This document shows, in pieces, positions 47,040 to 58,745 of a DNA stretch of 64,000 nucleotides; the stretch's first letter is position 1; every line of letters begins with the position of its first letter. Location: NCBI GenBank assembly GCA_964016885.1, contig OZ024745.1:98642001-98706000 (forward strand), written 5' to 3'. Origin of the DNA: Eledone cirrhosa (lineage: Eukaryota). The translations under genes and the position numbers were made by a program. Under the pieces are notes generated by a model. The model was not told where the DNA came from. It saw only the letters and a program-made list of their open reading frames with translations, and did not search any database.

Positions 47040-48900
47040 GTACTCTCGGGTCTTGAGTAATTGTTGTACAAATACTCTGTCTCCTTTTGTCCTCCACCTT
47101 GTCAGGAACAGACAAATCCAACTCTCTCTCCACCATAGAAGAGCTTCATCCATCTTCCTGTTGGAATTAGTCCATGTTGCTCACCAGAATGGAGAAAAGG
47201 AAGCAAGGGAGAGAGAGAGATGAGCATTTATGTAGACCAAAACCTCCAAATTGCTTGGGTAATGCAGCCTGACCATGGGAGACTGACATTGACCAAGGAC
47301 TTGAATCTCTCAAATATTAGATCATCAAAGTGTTTGAGACATGACAGAAATCTGTGAGATGGGCAAACCCTGAGCATATATAGAAACTTAGGAATCGATA
47401 GGTAATTCCTGAGTATAAAAAAAACCTTGATGGGGTTCGATTGCTTCCATGTTTTTCATTAATTACTCAAAAGCTAGGTCTGTAATTGAGGCTCTCAAAG
47501 AGCACCATGTCGGTGGGGGAGGGATTGCAATGGATGGGAAGAACTCTGCAAACAGGTCTATTGTCTGCTGATGTTGAGAAGCTGGGCGGTTGAGAATCCA
47601 GAGCTCACATTTGGAGCTATTGACCTGGAGACCCCAATGACCAAGCTCTTTAATCATTTTATTTGCAGTTATAAGAACCCTATCTGGAGGTTCCCCCAGA
47701 CAAGCGTCATCAATATACCAAATGTTTAAATCCAGCTCAACCTCCATCTTGGTGATGTCATCAAGCCCAGTGCAAACAGAGAAGGTCACCCTGTTGACTA
47801 CTGAAGCAGAAATGATGATTTGGTCACCAAAAGAGAGGTAGGAGGGCTCCCAATAAGCCTGCCAACCAAAGTGGTAGAGTTGTGGGACCCTCTCCCTTAC
47901 TGAGCTGGAGACGACATCATGGCTGACGGAATTGAAGGCATTCTTGAGGTCAAGTTTCAGGATGACCCTGAGGGACTTGGAGGGCAAGTTGGTGAAGGCT
48001 CTGGTAGCGTGGGCCTCACATCCCAGATTGGTACCCACTCCTATCTGGATAGGGGAAAATTCCACCAATAGTGAATCAGAGACCGATAGCAAACGCACCT
48101 TCGCAATAAGGCAACAAAGGGTACAGTTCTCCGTTGGGCTTAGTGAGTCCGAATAGTTTCACACTAAAGAACAATGGACGGCTATAGGGGAGAAAGTTCT
48201 CTGAAGAGAACTGATTCACCAACTGAGTCACTGGCCAATAAAGAGATACCATCCTTGAGGTGCTGAGTTTGTGGACCTTCAATCCCCGCACCAGAACCAG
48301 CGGGGAAGGATCAAATTGCCTTTCTGATGTTATCAGTGGTGTGGACAGGTCTTGAGTATTCTGGTGGTTCGAGCCAGTTTAACTGGTCATCAGGAGGGGG
48401 GCTTTTCTTTCAGTCGCTGGAGAGAATCTGAGTTACATGGTGCAAGGGAGGACAAAGAAGAGAGGAGATGGATAACGCCTTTAATGTCAAATTTGCTGAA
48501 TTGGGCTTTAACAGCATGTTCTAGGTTTATTGGTTGCCTGTTAATAGACACCGAGCTTTATTCCAAGCTGAGGCGAGAAATGGTTGGGGTGGACTCAAAC
48601 AGCTGGAACTCTTGCCTGAGAGATGTGAGGGAGCCAAATTTCACATTGTGCACGTGGAGAGACGAGAGGGAACAGCATTGTCTCTAACGGTGGGATATGA
48701 ATGGAGGTTAGGTGAGCAAGGTTAATTCCGTTCGAATCTAACGGCGGAGAGGAGGGGGGCATAGGGGAGACAAGTTATCACCTCTCGTGCGTGCCAAAGT
48801 TGTTGGAGAATGAGGTCGCAGACTGACCAGAATATCGGCCAGCTAACGCGGCGAGTGAAGACAATTTCGACCTCGTACACGGTCCACCTAAGAGTATGTC
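47040..48900 (-). mobile_element. Decayed CRE-clade non-LTR retrotransposon (RT region)
   Basis: QIGVG, ILKLDLKNAFNSVS, WYIDDACL and GLQVNSSKCEL in ORF 47463..48098, and GLTKPNGELYP upstream. Confidence 0.82.
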
Positions 48901-51635
48901 GATGAAAAGCGAAAAGGGGGAAAAAAGGAGGAATTGTGTGTGTCCTTGTGAAAGGCAGGCAAATACAATGGAAAAAAAAGAACAATGAGCATGCAAAGAA
49001 ATAGATAAAACATTAAACGCTAGGGAACCGGGAGTTAATTTCCCCATCCCCCTATTTTTAAAGAAAGGAGAAAGAAGACAAATGTATGTGTTTGTGTATG
49101 TTTTTATATAGGGAAATCCGCAGTAAATTCAATAACTGTAAAGACTGCAAAAATAGAGTGGTGATATTAAAACATTGAAGAGAACAAGTTGAAACTGAAA
49201 AAAAGAATTTCGAGATGTACCAAATACGAGGAAATGTGTGCGAGGTGTTGAGAAGGATGTTGTGAGTAAACATTTAAAATAGTAAATTCTATAAAAGTGC
49301 AAGAATAGATCAGTGAGATATTAAAACATTGGTTGGAATTGAGGAAAGAATTTTGAAATGTACGAAAAACAGTGGAGGAAGTTTTGGGTTTTTTCTTTTA
49401 ACAAAAAAAAAAAAGAAAAAAAAAAAACGACGAGAAAACAAAAACCTGTTAATTAATTAATTGACCGTATAGTTTATAGATCGTAGACAAAATTATGTTC
49501 GTTTTCTTCTATTGTATGTTTTCTTTCTTCCTGTGTTACCATGATGTTTGGAAGTTACTGTATGTATTGCGTTGTCTGGTCACCAGCAGCAAAACCAGAG
49601 AAGATTACATTAAGAAATTTTGTGCTCGATCACGTCGTAGTCAGCATTTTAGCAGGGATTTTGGTTGGGTGGTGTGTTGGTTACAAGCTGTTGGTCGATG
49701 CGTTGAACAAGTGGTGTCATTGAAAAACGATCAGGACTACGTTTGTGATACTTCTATGGTTCCAAAAATTAAACACAGGTAACTATCATGACCAACTAAA
49801 CTAGAAAAAAAATCCATTCAATCTCTACGGGTCTGTTCCTTTGTCTTAATTATATTCATTTACACGGGTTTTAATCATTGCGCGAACCTTGAGCTTCGAT
49901 AACCAACTTATTACATTAACAAATACTTGTTGAGAATCTTCACCGAAAAAATTTAGAAGAAACAAGGCGATAGATCTTTTTTATACATTATTTTATTCGT
50001 GTTTACTTTTTTTTTCGTTCTCTTGCTTGTAAATGCGTTAACACAACTTTCGCGTTGTAAGAATGATTTGAGTTACTGTAGCGGTAATGCTTCAGTGTGT
50101 GGAAGCCAGGTTAACAGAGCAAAAATTATATCTTGTTGAGAGATGTACTGGCACCAACCGCATAATTATGGAAATAACCGTGAAGATGCATAATAACTAT
50201 GGGGAATTTCCTGGCTTTCATCCGGAAAAAAGGTGTTTCATTGACTGAAAGTCATTGCCATCAATGTTGAAAATATAAGGTGTGTGAGACATCAAAGAAA
50301 GACGAAACTTACTATTATAGCAGGTATAACAGCATTATGTAGGAAGATCTTAGGTTAGTTTAATTTTTTTTCCCTAAGTAGGCTTTTTGCTGTTACCTTA
50401 CGTTTATAAGGGTTATTTATGTAAATATTTCAATTATTGATTCCTTGTAAGTGGTCGCATGCGGTTGTATGTATTGCTGCTGAGTTAAGCGGAGCCCTAA
50501 AAAACACGCCCAGGAGGGCGAGAGATACAGCTTTTCGGAACCGAATGAAATAAAATTCTGAAATACCAAGATCTATCGGTTAACTACCTTTTCCAGCCTG
50601 TGGTCTTTGAGGGAGTTGGACCGCTGACTGCGATGTTCTTGTCATCACTGGCAACTCGTCTAACCGAGGAAACTGGTGATGTTCGTGAAGGCGCTTGGCT
50701 GTTCCAGCGCATCAGCCTCGCCATTACCCGAAGTAACGCCGCGAGTGTACTGGCTTGCCTCAAAAATTATTAGAAGTTTTCTAATGCTCCTCGCGATATA
50801 GTTATCTTTTGTTCTGGTAACGGTTCATTTGTCCATCCCTTTCGCTTGCCCTTTGTTGTATGTGGTCTTAGATACGTGTATTACCTGCTTGTGTGTTTTT
50901 TCTTTTTACGTTTTCTATTTGTAATATTATTTATACAATTGTGAATAAAACAGTGGTATTAGTTTTATTTTTTTTTGTTTTATACATTAAAAACATAAAT
51001 GATAAAAAAAAAGTACATTACTTAAAATACAATGAGTTATAAAATAAATAGGATGGGTTGGGACTTCAGTATGAAAACAAGACATTATGTTGAAAAAAAA
51101 AAATAAAAAAAAAATAAAAAATCCAGTCAACCTAAAAAAAATTAGACCAGAAAGTACTGTAAATTCCCGCATATTACATGAAAGTTGAGAAGAGTAGTAT
51201 GTAGGTATGTATGCATATAAAAATAGAAAGCAAGAGTTATTTCCCTTTAACATTTCTCTGAAGTTTGATATTTTGCGGGTGCGTGGGTGGGTCTTTGTTA
51301 ATATCTATTGTTGAAATATGGATGCAGTTGATTTTGCCTTATAGAATCAATTTATTATTTCAGAAGTTCTGAACAGGAAAGTTTATTTTACACAAACATA
51401 ACAATTAATGAGGCGTGGGGAATTATTACATTGATGTGATTTACCTCGACAAGCGAAACATTCAACATTTTTGTCACTTGTCCTTCTTTAGAGAGGAATG
51501 TAGAGATTGATACCAGTGATGACTGTGGGTATAGCTACAAGCAGCTAGAGGCGTCGTCCCCACAATGGGAACGTTGAGTCGTCAGGTTGGACAAGGAAAG
51601 TCCATAAAGTGATAGAAGTTATTTTTCAGTAAACG

Positions 51636-52208
51636 TAGAACACCCCTCTCGATTTCAGTGGGAAATAATTATTTTTCCTGTTTGCTATCAACTAATCTGA
51701 CCTCCGAACATGCTGCAGAGGATTTGTTCCCCTGGGAAACGGAGAGAGAACCCTCGGATTTCCCCAGCTCAAAGTTTTCTTTACCATTTATTTTTTCCTG
51801 TTCTCAACGAATCTGACCTCCAAACCAATCGGAAATGACTAGCTTTGTAGAAAAGGAAGGAGAAATGGTGAAATACCTTCAGAGTTTCTCAGACCGGTAC
51901 CTCTCGCGTTTAATGGCAAATATATTTTTTTCGCGAGTTATTGATGAATCTAACCTACAAGTACGCTATTCCTAAACCTTTCGACATTTGTCGTGAGGTA
52001 CAGTTAACTAAAAAAAAAAAAAAAAAAAAAAAAAAGAAAACTATAACAGGAACAAAAACATGATTAAAAAAAAAAAAAATTTCTGAGCCCCTCTTTTCCG
52101 GGTGGGGGGAGGAGAGTCCTCTGCAGTTTGTTCGGAGAACAGATTAATTGATAGCACACACGCGAGGAAAAATAACTATTTTCCACTGAAATCGAAAGGG
52201 CTGTTCTA
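51636..52208. mobile_element. MITE/fold-back element with ~85-bp imperfect TIRs and internal diverged repeats
   Basis: TAGAACAcCCCTCTCGATTTCAGTGGGAAATAATTATTTTTCC... is mirrored at 52117-52208, and internal 'aatct(g/a)acct' occurs three times. Confidence 0.7.
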
Positions 52209-53589
52209 TAATTTATTTTATTTTAAATATATTAAATGGCGAAATTATCTGAATAGGCTTAAACTGATATACAAGATATTCACCACATTGTTTTCCTTCA
52301 GGTATAACTACATTTTTCAGCTTGTGGCGTTCGAGACATTTGGGGGAGTCGGGCTACCGACTGCGAGATTCTTATCTTCACTGGCGGCTCACCTAATAGA
52401 GGTAACTGGTGAAGTTCGTGAGGGCACTAGGTTGTTCCAGCGCCATCACCCGAGGTAACACCGCGAGCGTGCTGGCTGGCCTCAAAAATTCTTAGGTTTC
52501 CCAATGCTCCTCGCAATACTGTTATCTTTTACTCTGGTAGCGGCTCGGTTGTCCGCTCCTTTCGGTATAAAAAGCAACGAATACCAAAAGGCAAAATCTA
52601 GACGAATGGATCAAGAGAGAAAAAAAGAAAAGAAAAGTAAAAAAACTATTGTAAATGATTTTTACATCCGATTGTTTTATTGCACATCAATAATTTCATA
52701 ATTAAAAATAAAATATAAAGAAAAAAAAATATTGCATTCAAAACAGAATAGAAATATTTTGTAAATAAATAATTGTTTCTACTTTTGGCACAAGGCCAGC
52801 AATGACCCAGTGCATTACTGGTACTTTATTTTATCGACCCCGTAAGGATGAAAGGCAAAGTTAACCTCGACGGATTTGAACTCAGAATGGCAAGGGCCGT
52901 AACTATGCGCCAAAGCATGGCGTCCGCCCCTCTACCGATACTGCCAATCCACATGGCTGTAATATTTTTTTCTTTACACTTGAAGTTTGTGATTTTTTGA
53001 GGAAAGGAAATACAAATAACATTCATGGCTTTCCAAAGTTCATTAATAGTGTCTAAAAATAAAAGGTGAAATTATCCCAACTGAGATTCGAACTGTTTCT
53101 AGACAAAATGTTAAAAATTTACCACTGCTCTACAACAGGAAAAAATAATTTGAATAATAAAAATGTTTCTACTTTTGGCACAAAGCCAGCAATTACCCCC
53201 GTGCTTTATTTATCGACCCCGTAAGGATGAAAGGCAAAGTTAATCTCGGCGGGATTTGAACTGACCGTAAAGGGCCGTAACTATGCTCAAAAGCATGGCA
53301 TCCGACCATCTATCGATACTGCCAATCCACCGCCCTTATATATATATATAAAAAAAATATAAAGGAATTCCAGTCAATCATTGCAATTGGTACAGAAAAA
53401 AATATTTTAAAATGATTTCTAGCACAAAGCCACAAATTTTGATGGTGGGGGAACAGTTAATGAAATTTATTTATATCTAGTTGACTCGTACTTTATTTAG
53501 CAGCCCAGGAAAGGCTGAAAGATTAAGTGGACCCCCACCCCAACATCGTTTGAATCAAGACTAAAGAAATATTACCAAACACCAAGTAT

Positions 53590-54200
53590 TTTGCCTAATA
53601 CTCTTAACAAGTTTAGAACCATCTGGATTGTCCAGAAGTGATGGCAAAAGACCCGATGGCCTTACCCTGTGTCCCTGGTCGAGAAGCAGGTGCCTTGTCT
53701 GGGACGTCACTGTTAGTGACTCTTTTACTCTTTCCCCACATTCTGGATACTGCGGTTAGGAAGAGAGCCACAGCTTCTGCAGCCGAGTGGAGTAAGACCC
53801 TCAAATACTTTGATCTGTTGGCCAGCTACATTTTTCAGCCTGTGGTTTCGAGACGTTTGGGGGAGTCAGGCCGTTGACTGCGAGGTTCCCGTCTTCACTG
53901 GCAGCTTGCCTAATAGAGGTAACTGGCGAATCTCGCGAGGGCGCTTGGTTGTTCCAGTGCATTAGCCTCGCCATCATCCGAGGCAAGGCTGCGAGTGTGG
54001 TGGCTTGCCTCAAAAATCAGTAGAGAGGTTGCCTGGTACTCCTCGCGATGTTGCTGTCTTGCTCTGGCGTTCACCCCTTCCTTTAATATTGTTGTAACAT
54101 TAAAAGAATATATCTTTCTGAAAGAATCGTGAGCAATTTATAACCTAAGCATTTGTAATGTTATTTATGTATATATTTAAAACATTTATATACTCTGCAA
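53590..54200 (+). mobile_element. CRE-clade 3' end (restriction-like endonuclease and 3'UTR). Shorter copies at ~50570-50960 (+), ~52300-52560 (+) and ~63450-63800 (-).
   Basis: [22 protein letters not shown]...VWDVTV and YIFQPV.FETFGGVGPLTARFLSSLAA.L.EVTGE.REGAWLFQ.ISLAI.RG.AASV. Confidence 0.85.
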
Positions 54201-54329
54201 TTCTTTCAGAATGAAAATATAAACAAACGATTTGTAATGTTATTTATACAACTGAATAAAATTTTCTAGAGTATAAACTATTTCTAACACAGGAACAAGT
54301 CTTTAAATTTGGGGAGGAAGTTATAGTAA

Positions 54330-54600
54330 TTATAGTAACCCCACACCTGGGCATAATAATTTGTAGGTGGGAGAGTGTAGCTAATTAATTAGTCAACCAC
54401 CTCCCCACAGTGTGGTAATTTGTGGGAGGAGAGTATAGCTAATTATTCACCCCCCCAGGGTGTGGTAATTTGTGTGTGTGTGGGGGGGGAGGGAGTATTG
54501 CTAATTAGTTACCCCACAGGGTGTGATTTGTGGAAGGAGGGTATAGCTAATTAGCCCCCTCCCCCAGGGTGGTGATTTGTCAGGAGAGTATAGCTAATTA
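54330..54600. repeat. Diverged ~50-60-bp tandem repeat
   Basis: Recurrent 'gtgtggtaatttgtgggaggagagtatagctaatta...cccc(c/a)cagg'. Confidence 0.75.
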
Positions 54601-54996
54601 TTTGGCAAGTTTTCTACTACTGGATTACATTCCTATACAAAAATGCTAAAATAGTATTCAAATCTAATCTTAAATTGCTGAAGAAAAGAATTGATTACTC
54701 AACAGAACAGAATATTAGTTTCACTTAGTTAAGCACAATGAATATCTGGGAAAAGTAAATGGAAAGGTGTATTACACTGGCAGTTCCCATAGGAAATTGT
54801 TACACAAATGATGTGAATTGGCTTAAAGAATCAAAACTAGATCACAGTCTTGGTTCACCGGTAGCTTCATAATGCACACAAACTGTAAAATACTTCAGAG
54901 TAAAAATTGTGAGATTTTTTTGTTGTTAAAATGGCAAAATATATTACAAATATATTCAAAAGTCACTGTATTATACAAACAAAATACATGTTGAAG

Positions 54997-55029
<33 letters not shown>

Positions 55030-57583
55030 GGGAATGTTATTTAGGCAACAAAATAGGTAAATTTACAAAATATATACAGTTTTTCTTTAAGAAAGTAATC
55101 AATTTTCAATATCTCAAAAAGAAAGAAAAAAAATTTTAATGGAAAAATAAATTACATGGGAATTTATACAAAATGAGAGTTCAAAATAATTCTTTGGTCA
55201 CTGTCAAAAACTACAGAAAGTATTTAATATTTTGGAGGCGATTAGTAAAGGGAAAAAAATAAAGATCTCTAATTTTTACACAAGGCCAGCAATTTTAAGG
55301 GGAGGAAAAAGTTGATTCTAATAATGATCCCAGTACTTGACTGGTACTTTATTTGGTCCCAAAAGACTGAAAGGCAACATTCACCTTGGTGGGATTTGAA
55401 CTTAGAGTGCAGTGTACCAAAGAAAAAAAAATAGTAAAGAGAGCATGGCAGGAACAATACTTTAACCTTCAGGACACTGAATTATTTTTTCCCTTGACAC
55501 TGCATTATGTATTAAGGGGAGATTATGTTATTGTTGCCAACTGCATTAAAGGTTAAAAATGACTGAAGATGAATTATTTCTGAAAGGCCTGGGAGAAATA
55601 TTTACAGGTAGCAATTATTTATTTTAAACAAGATAAAATATGTATCACAGAAGATGGTACTTTATAAATGGAATGGAGCCCCCCCCATTGATTTTGACAA
55701 TGAGTTTCTGTTGATTGATCAATGGGATAGCCCACTCATGAGATTAATGAACAAGTGAACAAGCATTCCACAGACACGTGTACCCATAATGTAATTCTCA
55801 GAGATTCAGCATGATAATGTGTGTGGCCATGCTGGACCATTGAATTACAGGTACAACTCATTTTTTCCCCCAAATGAATGGACTAGAGCAAAGTGAAAAA
55901 GTATCAAGTATCTTGCTCAAGGACAATTCTCTATCTGGTCAGGGTATCTAACATGACCATGAGCTGAACAGTAACCACTAAGCCATATGTCTTCATACTT
56001 TATAAATGGATATCAAAATAAAACAATTATTGCATTTAGAAATTAGGAGGGGAAAAAAATGACCATCAACTGTGATGAAGAATCAAACAAATTTTTTTTT
56101 TTTTTTGTGGGAGGAGGGACTGAAAAGCATAACTGGTGTTTAGTAGTAGGTACACAAGGTGGAGGAATGTGTTTAGCAGCAGGTAGATGGTGGGCCACAT
56201 GTGTTTAGAAGTAAAGGTGGAGGAATGTATGTTTAGTAGTAGATACACAAGGAGGAGGACCACATGTTTAGAAGATTGTATCACTGTATGAATCTACAGT
56301 CTCTCAAATATGCAACATGCCATTTGAAAGATGGTGTCACTGTGTGAGACTAATGTCCCTCAAACATGCAACATACCATTTGTTTCACGTCAACACTGGT
56401 TAACACACTGTAGAATGGTAGGTTTCTTTCCGTGTTAAAAGAATAAGAAATCAGGCAAATTTAGCATCTTGAAAATTAAAAGACTTCAAAAATGAATTGC
56501 ATAAATTAGTCATTACTTTCGAGAACATAAGTAATATCGTTGTTTTACTTGGAAGAAGTAATGGTTTATATATTAACCCTTTAGCATTTATACTGGCCAT
56601 ATCTGGCCAGAATTCTCTCACCTATTTCTGCTCAAACCGACCATAGCTACTCGCTCATACTCAAAGGTATTGTTCTCAAATAACATCAAAATCTCAGATT
56701 TGATATTATGCAAGATAAAGCCTTTACCACAAAAATACAATAGTATATATATAGAGTAATGTAAATGCTAAAGGGTTAAAATATTTTTACCATTAATAAT
56801 TCTATCAATTTATAAGTTAAAAAGAGAAATGAATTAGATGCATCCTCTACCATTGCCCACTTATTCCTGAGAGGTTTGTTGGGGTAGAGTCCTCAAATAC
56901 TCCTTCCAGCAGGTCTAGTCAGAAGCAACCATCTCCAACTGATCCAGCTTGATCCCGAAGCGAGACACCAGTCAAGCTCATGGATGTTATCCAACCATCT
57001 TGCTCGGGGGGTCCCTCCCTGGATCTCCTGCCAGTTGGTTTTGCCCATAAAATCTGATTATATATCTATATAGTTATAGTGTGTGTACAGCATGGAAGAA
57101 GAAAAGGGGGACAAAGCATAAAGCATCTAAGTTAAAAAAGTAAACAAAAAGTGAAAAGCCAATTGTGAAAAGACATAGTTGACAAAATACTTTCACAAAA
57201 ATAATGTAGACCAGTTCTTTTTGGGCAAATGCATTCAATGTTCAAAAAGTGGGATTAGCCCCATGAAAAGTCTGTCATCACTTAAAAAAAGCTTCAAGCA
57301 GAGGCATCGCTGGCCACAGGCAAGCCCCTAGCAAGACTAAAAAGCTACGCCCATGTTAAAGTATCAAACAATGGCATTACTTGAAATCGAGCTGCAGCCA
57401 TCTCATATACACACACACAATATTGACAGATGTGAGAATAAGTACTCTACCAAAATAGAGTTAAGTTCTTTATTATGACTAAATGGTAAGTCTGGCTACT
57501 CTGGAGTTTCACCTGTGCAACTCACATCAGACAAGACTGACTTCAGCTATAATAGAGAGAAAGTGAGTGAGTGAGTGAGCAAG

Positions 57584-57619
<36 letters not shown>

Positions 57620-58166
57620 CAATTACAGACATTTGATCAATCAGTATCTAATGGTTACAGTGTGTATGATTTTTGTTTGGTACAAACAATTGAAATTGTT
57701 AGAATGCATAAATTCAATGGAACTAAAATTCCAATTCTAGAAATTTTAGTTGTTCCAAGAAGAATTATGCTAATGTACTTTAGAATTCTCACAGAACACT
57801 GACAGACCATCTTTACTTGTTCACAACATTGCATCTAGATCATAAGTATTTCACAAGAGATAAAATATTGGCACAGATGAATGGAGCTCTTTCAAAAGTT
57901 GTTGGGAGTTACCAGATACCAATATATTAGTGATAGATTCATGAACAAAATTAAAGGTTAGTGAACATAACTGTCTTGATCACACTGATCAAAAAGAAAC
58001 TGCAAAGGTCATTAGAACACCCCAATGATGAGATAACCCCTCCCCCTAAAAAAAAAAACAAAAAACAAAAAAAACACACAAACAATTGAATTATGAAGGA
58101 TTAGATCAGGGTCATCAAACTTTACTTGCAGCAAGCACAATTAAGAGAAATCTAAAATATTTTACC

Positions 58167-58198
<32 letters not shown>

Positions 58199-58433
58199 TC
58201 TAGGGGTAGTTTTGAAGGTCATATTCGTTCAAAACAAAAAGATCAGGAAAACGATAAATTCTAACCAAACCTATTGTCATATATATGACCAAAGATTAAT
58301 ATGGTTCATTGATTACTCAATGAATCCAGTTTCACAATAGATTAAAAGCACTCAACAAAAAAGTTTTCCTGGAGTTTTTAATATTATTCAAAATATTAAC
58401 AAATTAAGATATTCACATAATCAAAATATATGC

Positions 58434-58497
58434 TTTATTATATATATATATTTCGAAGGGACTGTGTTGTTTTTTCAGTACGTCCTCGTCAGATAAA
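58434..58497 (-). ncRNA. Type I hammerhead ribozyme (left-arm copy)
   Basis: TTTAT-CTGACGA-GGACGTACTG aaaaaacaaca CAGTCCCTTC-GAAA-TATATATATA-TA-ATAAA, with a palindromic (TA)n helix III and an AUA triplet. Confidence 0.8.
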
Positions 58498-58607
58498 ATA
58501 TATGATTTGATATATGACATACCTCTACGGTCTTGGTAGTTCAATTCCTGTATTGGCAGGAATTGAACTATCAAGACCGTAGAGGTATGTCATATATCAA
58601 ATCATAT

Positions 58608-58669
58608 TTTATCTGACGAGGACGTACTGAAAAAACAACACAGTACCTTCGAAACATATATATAATAAA
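58608..58669 (+). ncRNA. Type I hammerhead ribozyme (right-arm copy)
   Basis: TTTAT-CTGACGA(58613)-GGAcGTACTG...CAGTACcTTC-GAAA-CATATATA-TA-ATAAA. Confidence 0.78.
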
Positions 58670-58712
58670 GCATATATTTTGATTATGTGAATATCTTCAT
58701 TTGTTAATATTT

Positions 58713-58745
<33 letters not shown>

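Larger units (their letters stand above)
58389..58714. repeat. Near-perfect palindrome (~160-bp arms, 4-6 nt loop) carrying two outward-facing hammerheads
   Basis: The arms are reverse complements around TTCCTG-tattgg-CAGGAA at ~58553. Confidence 0.93.
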
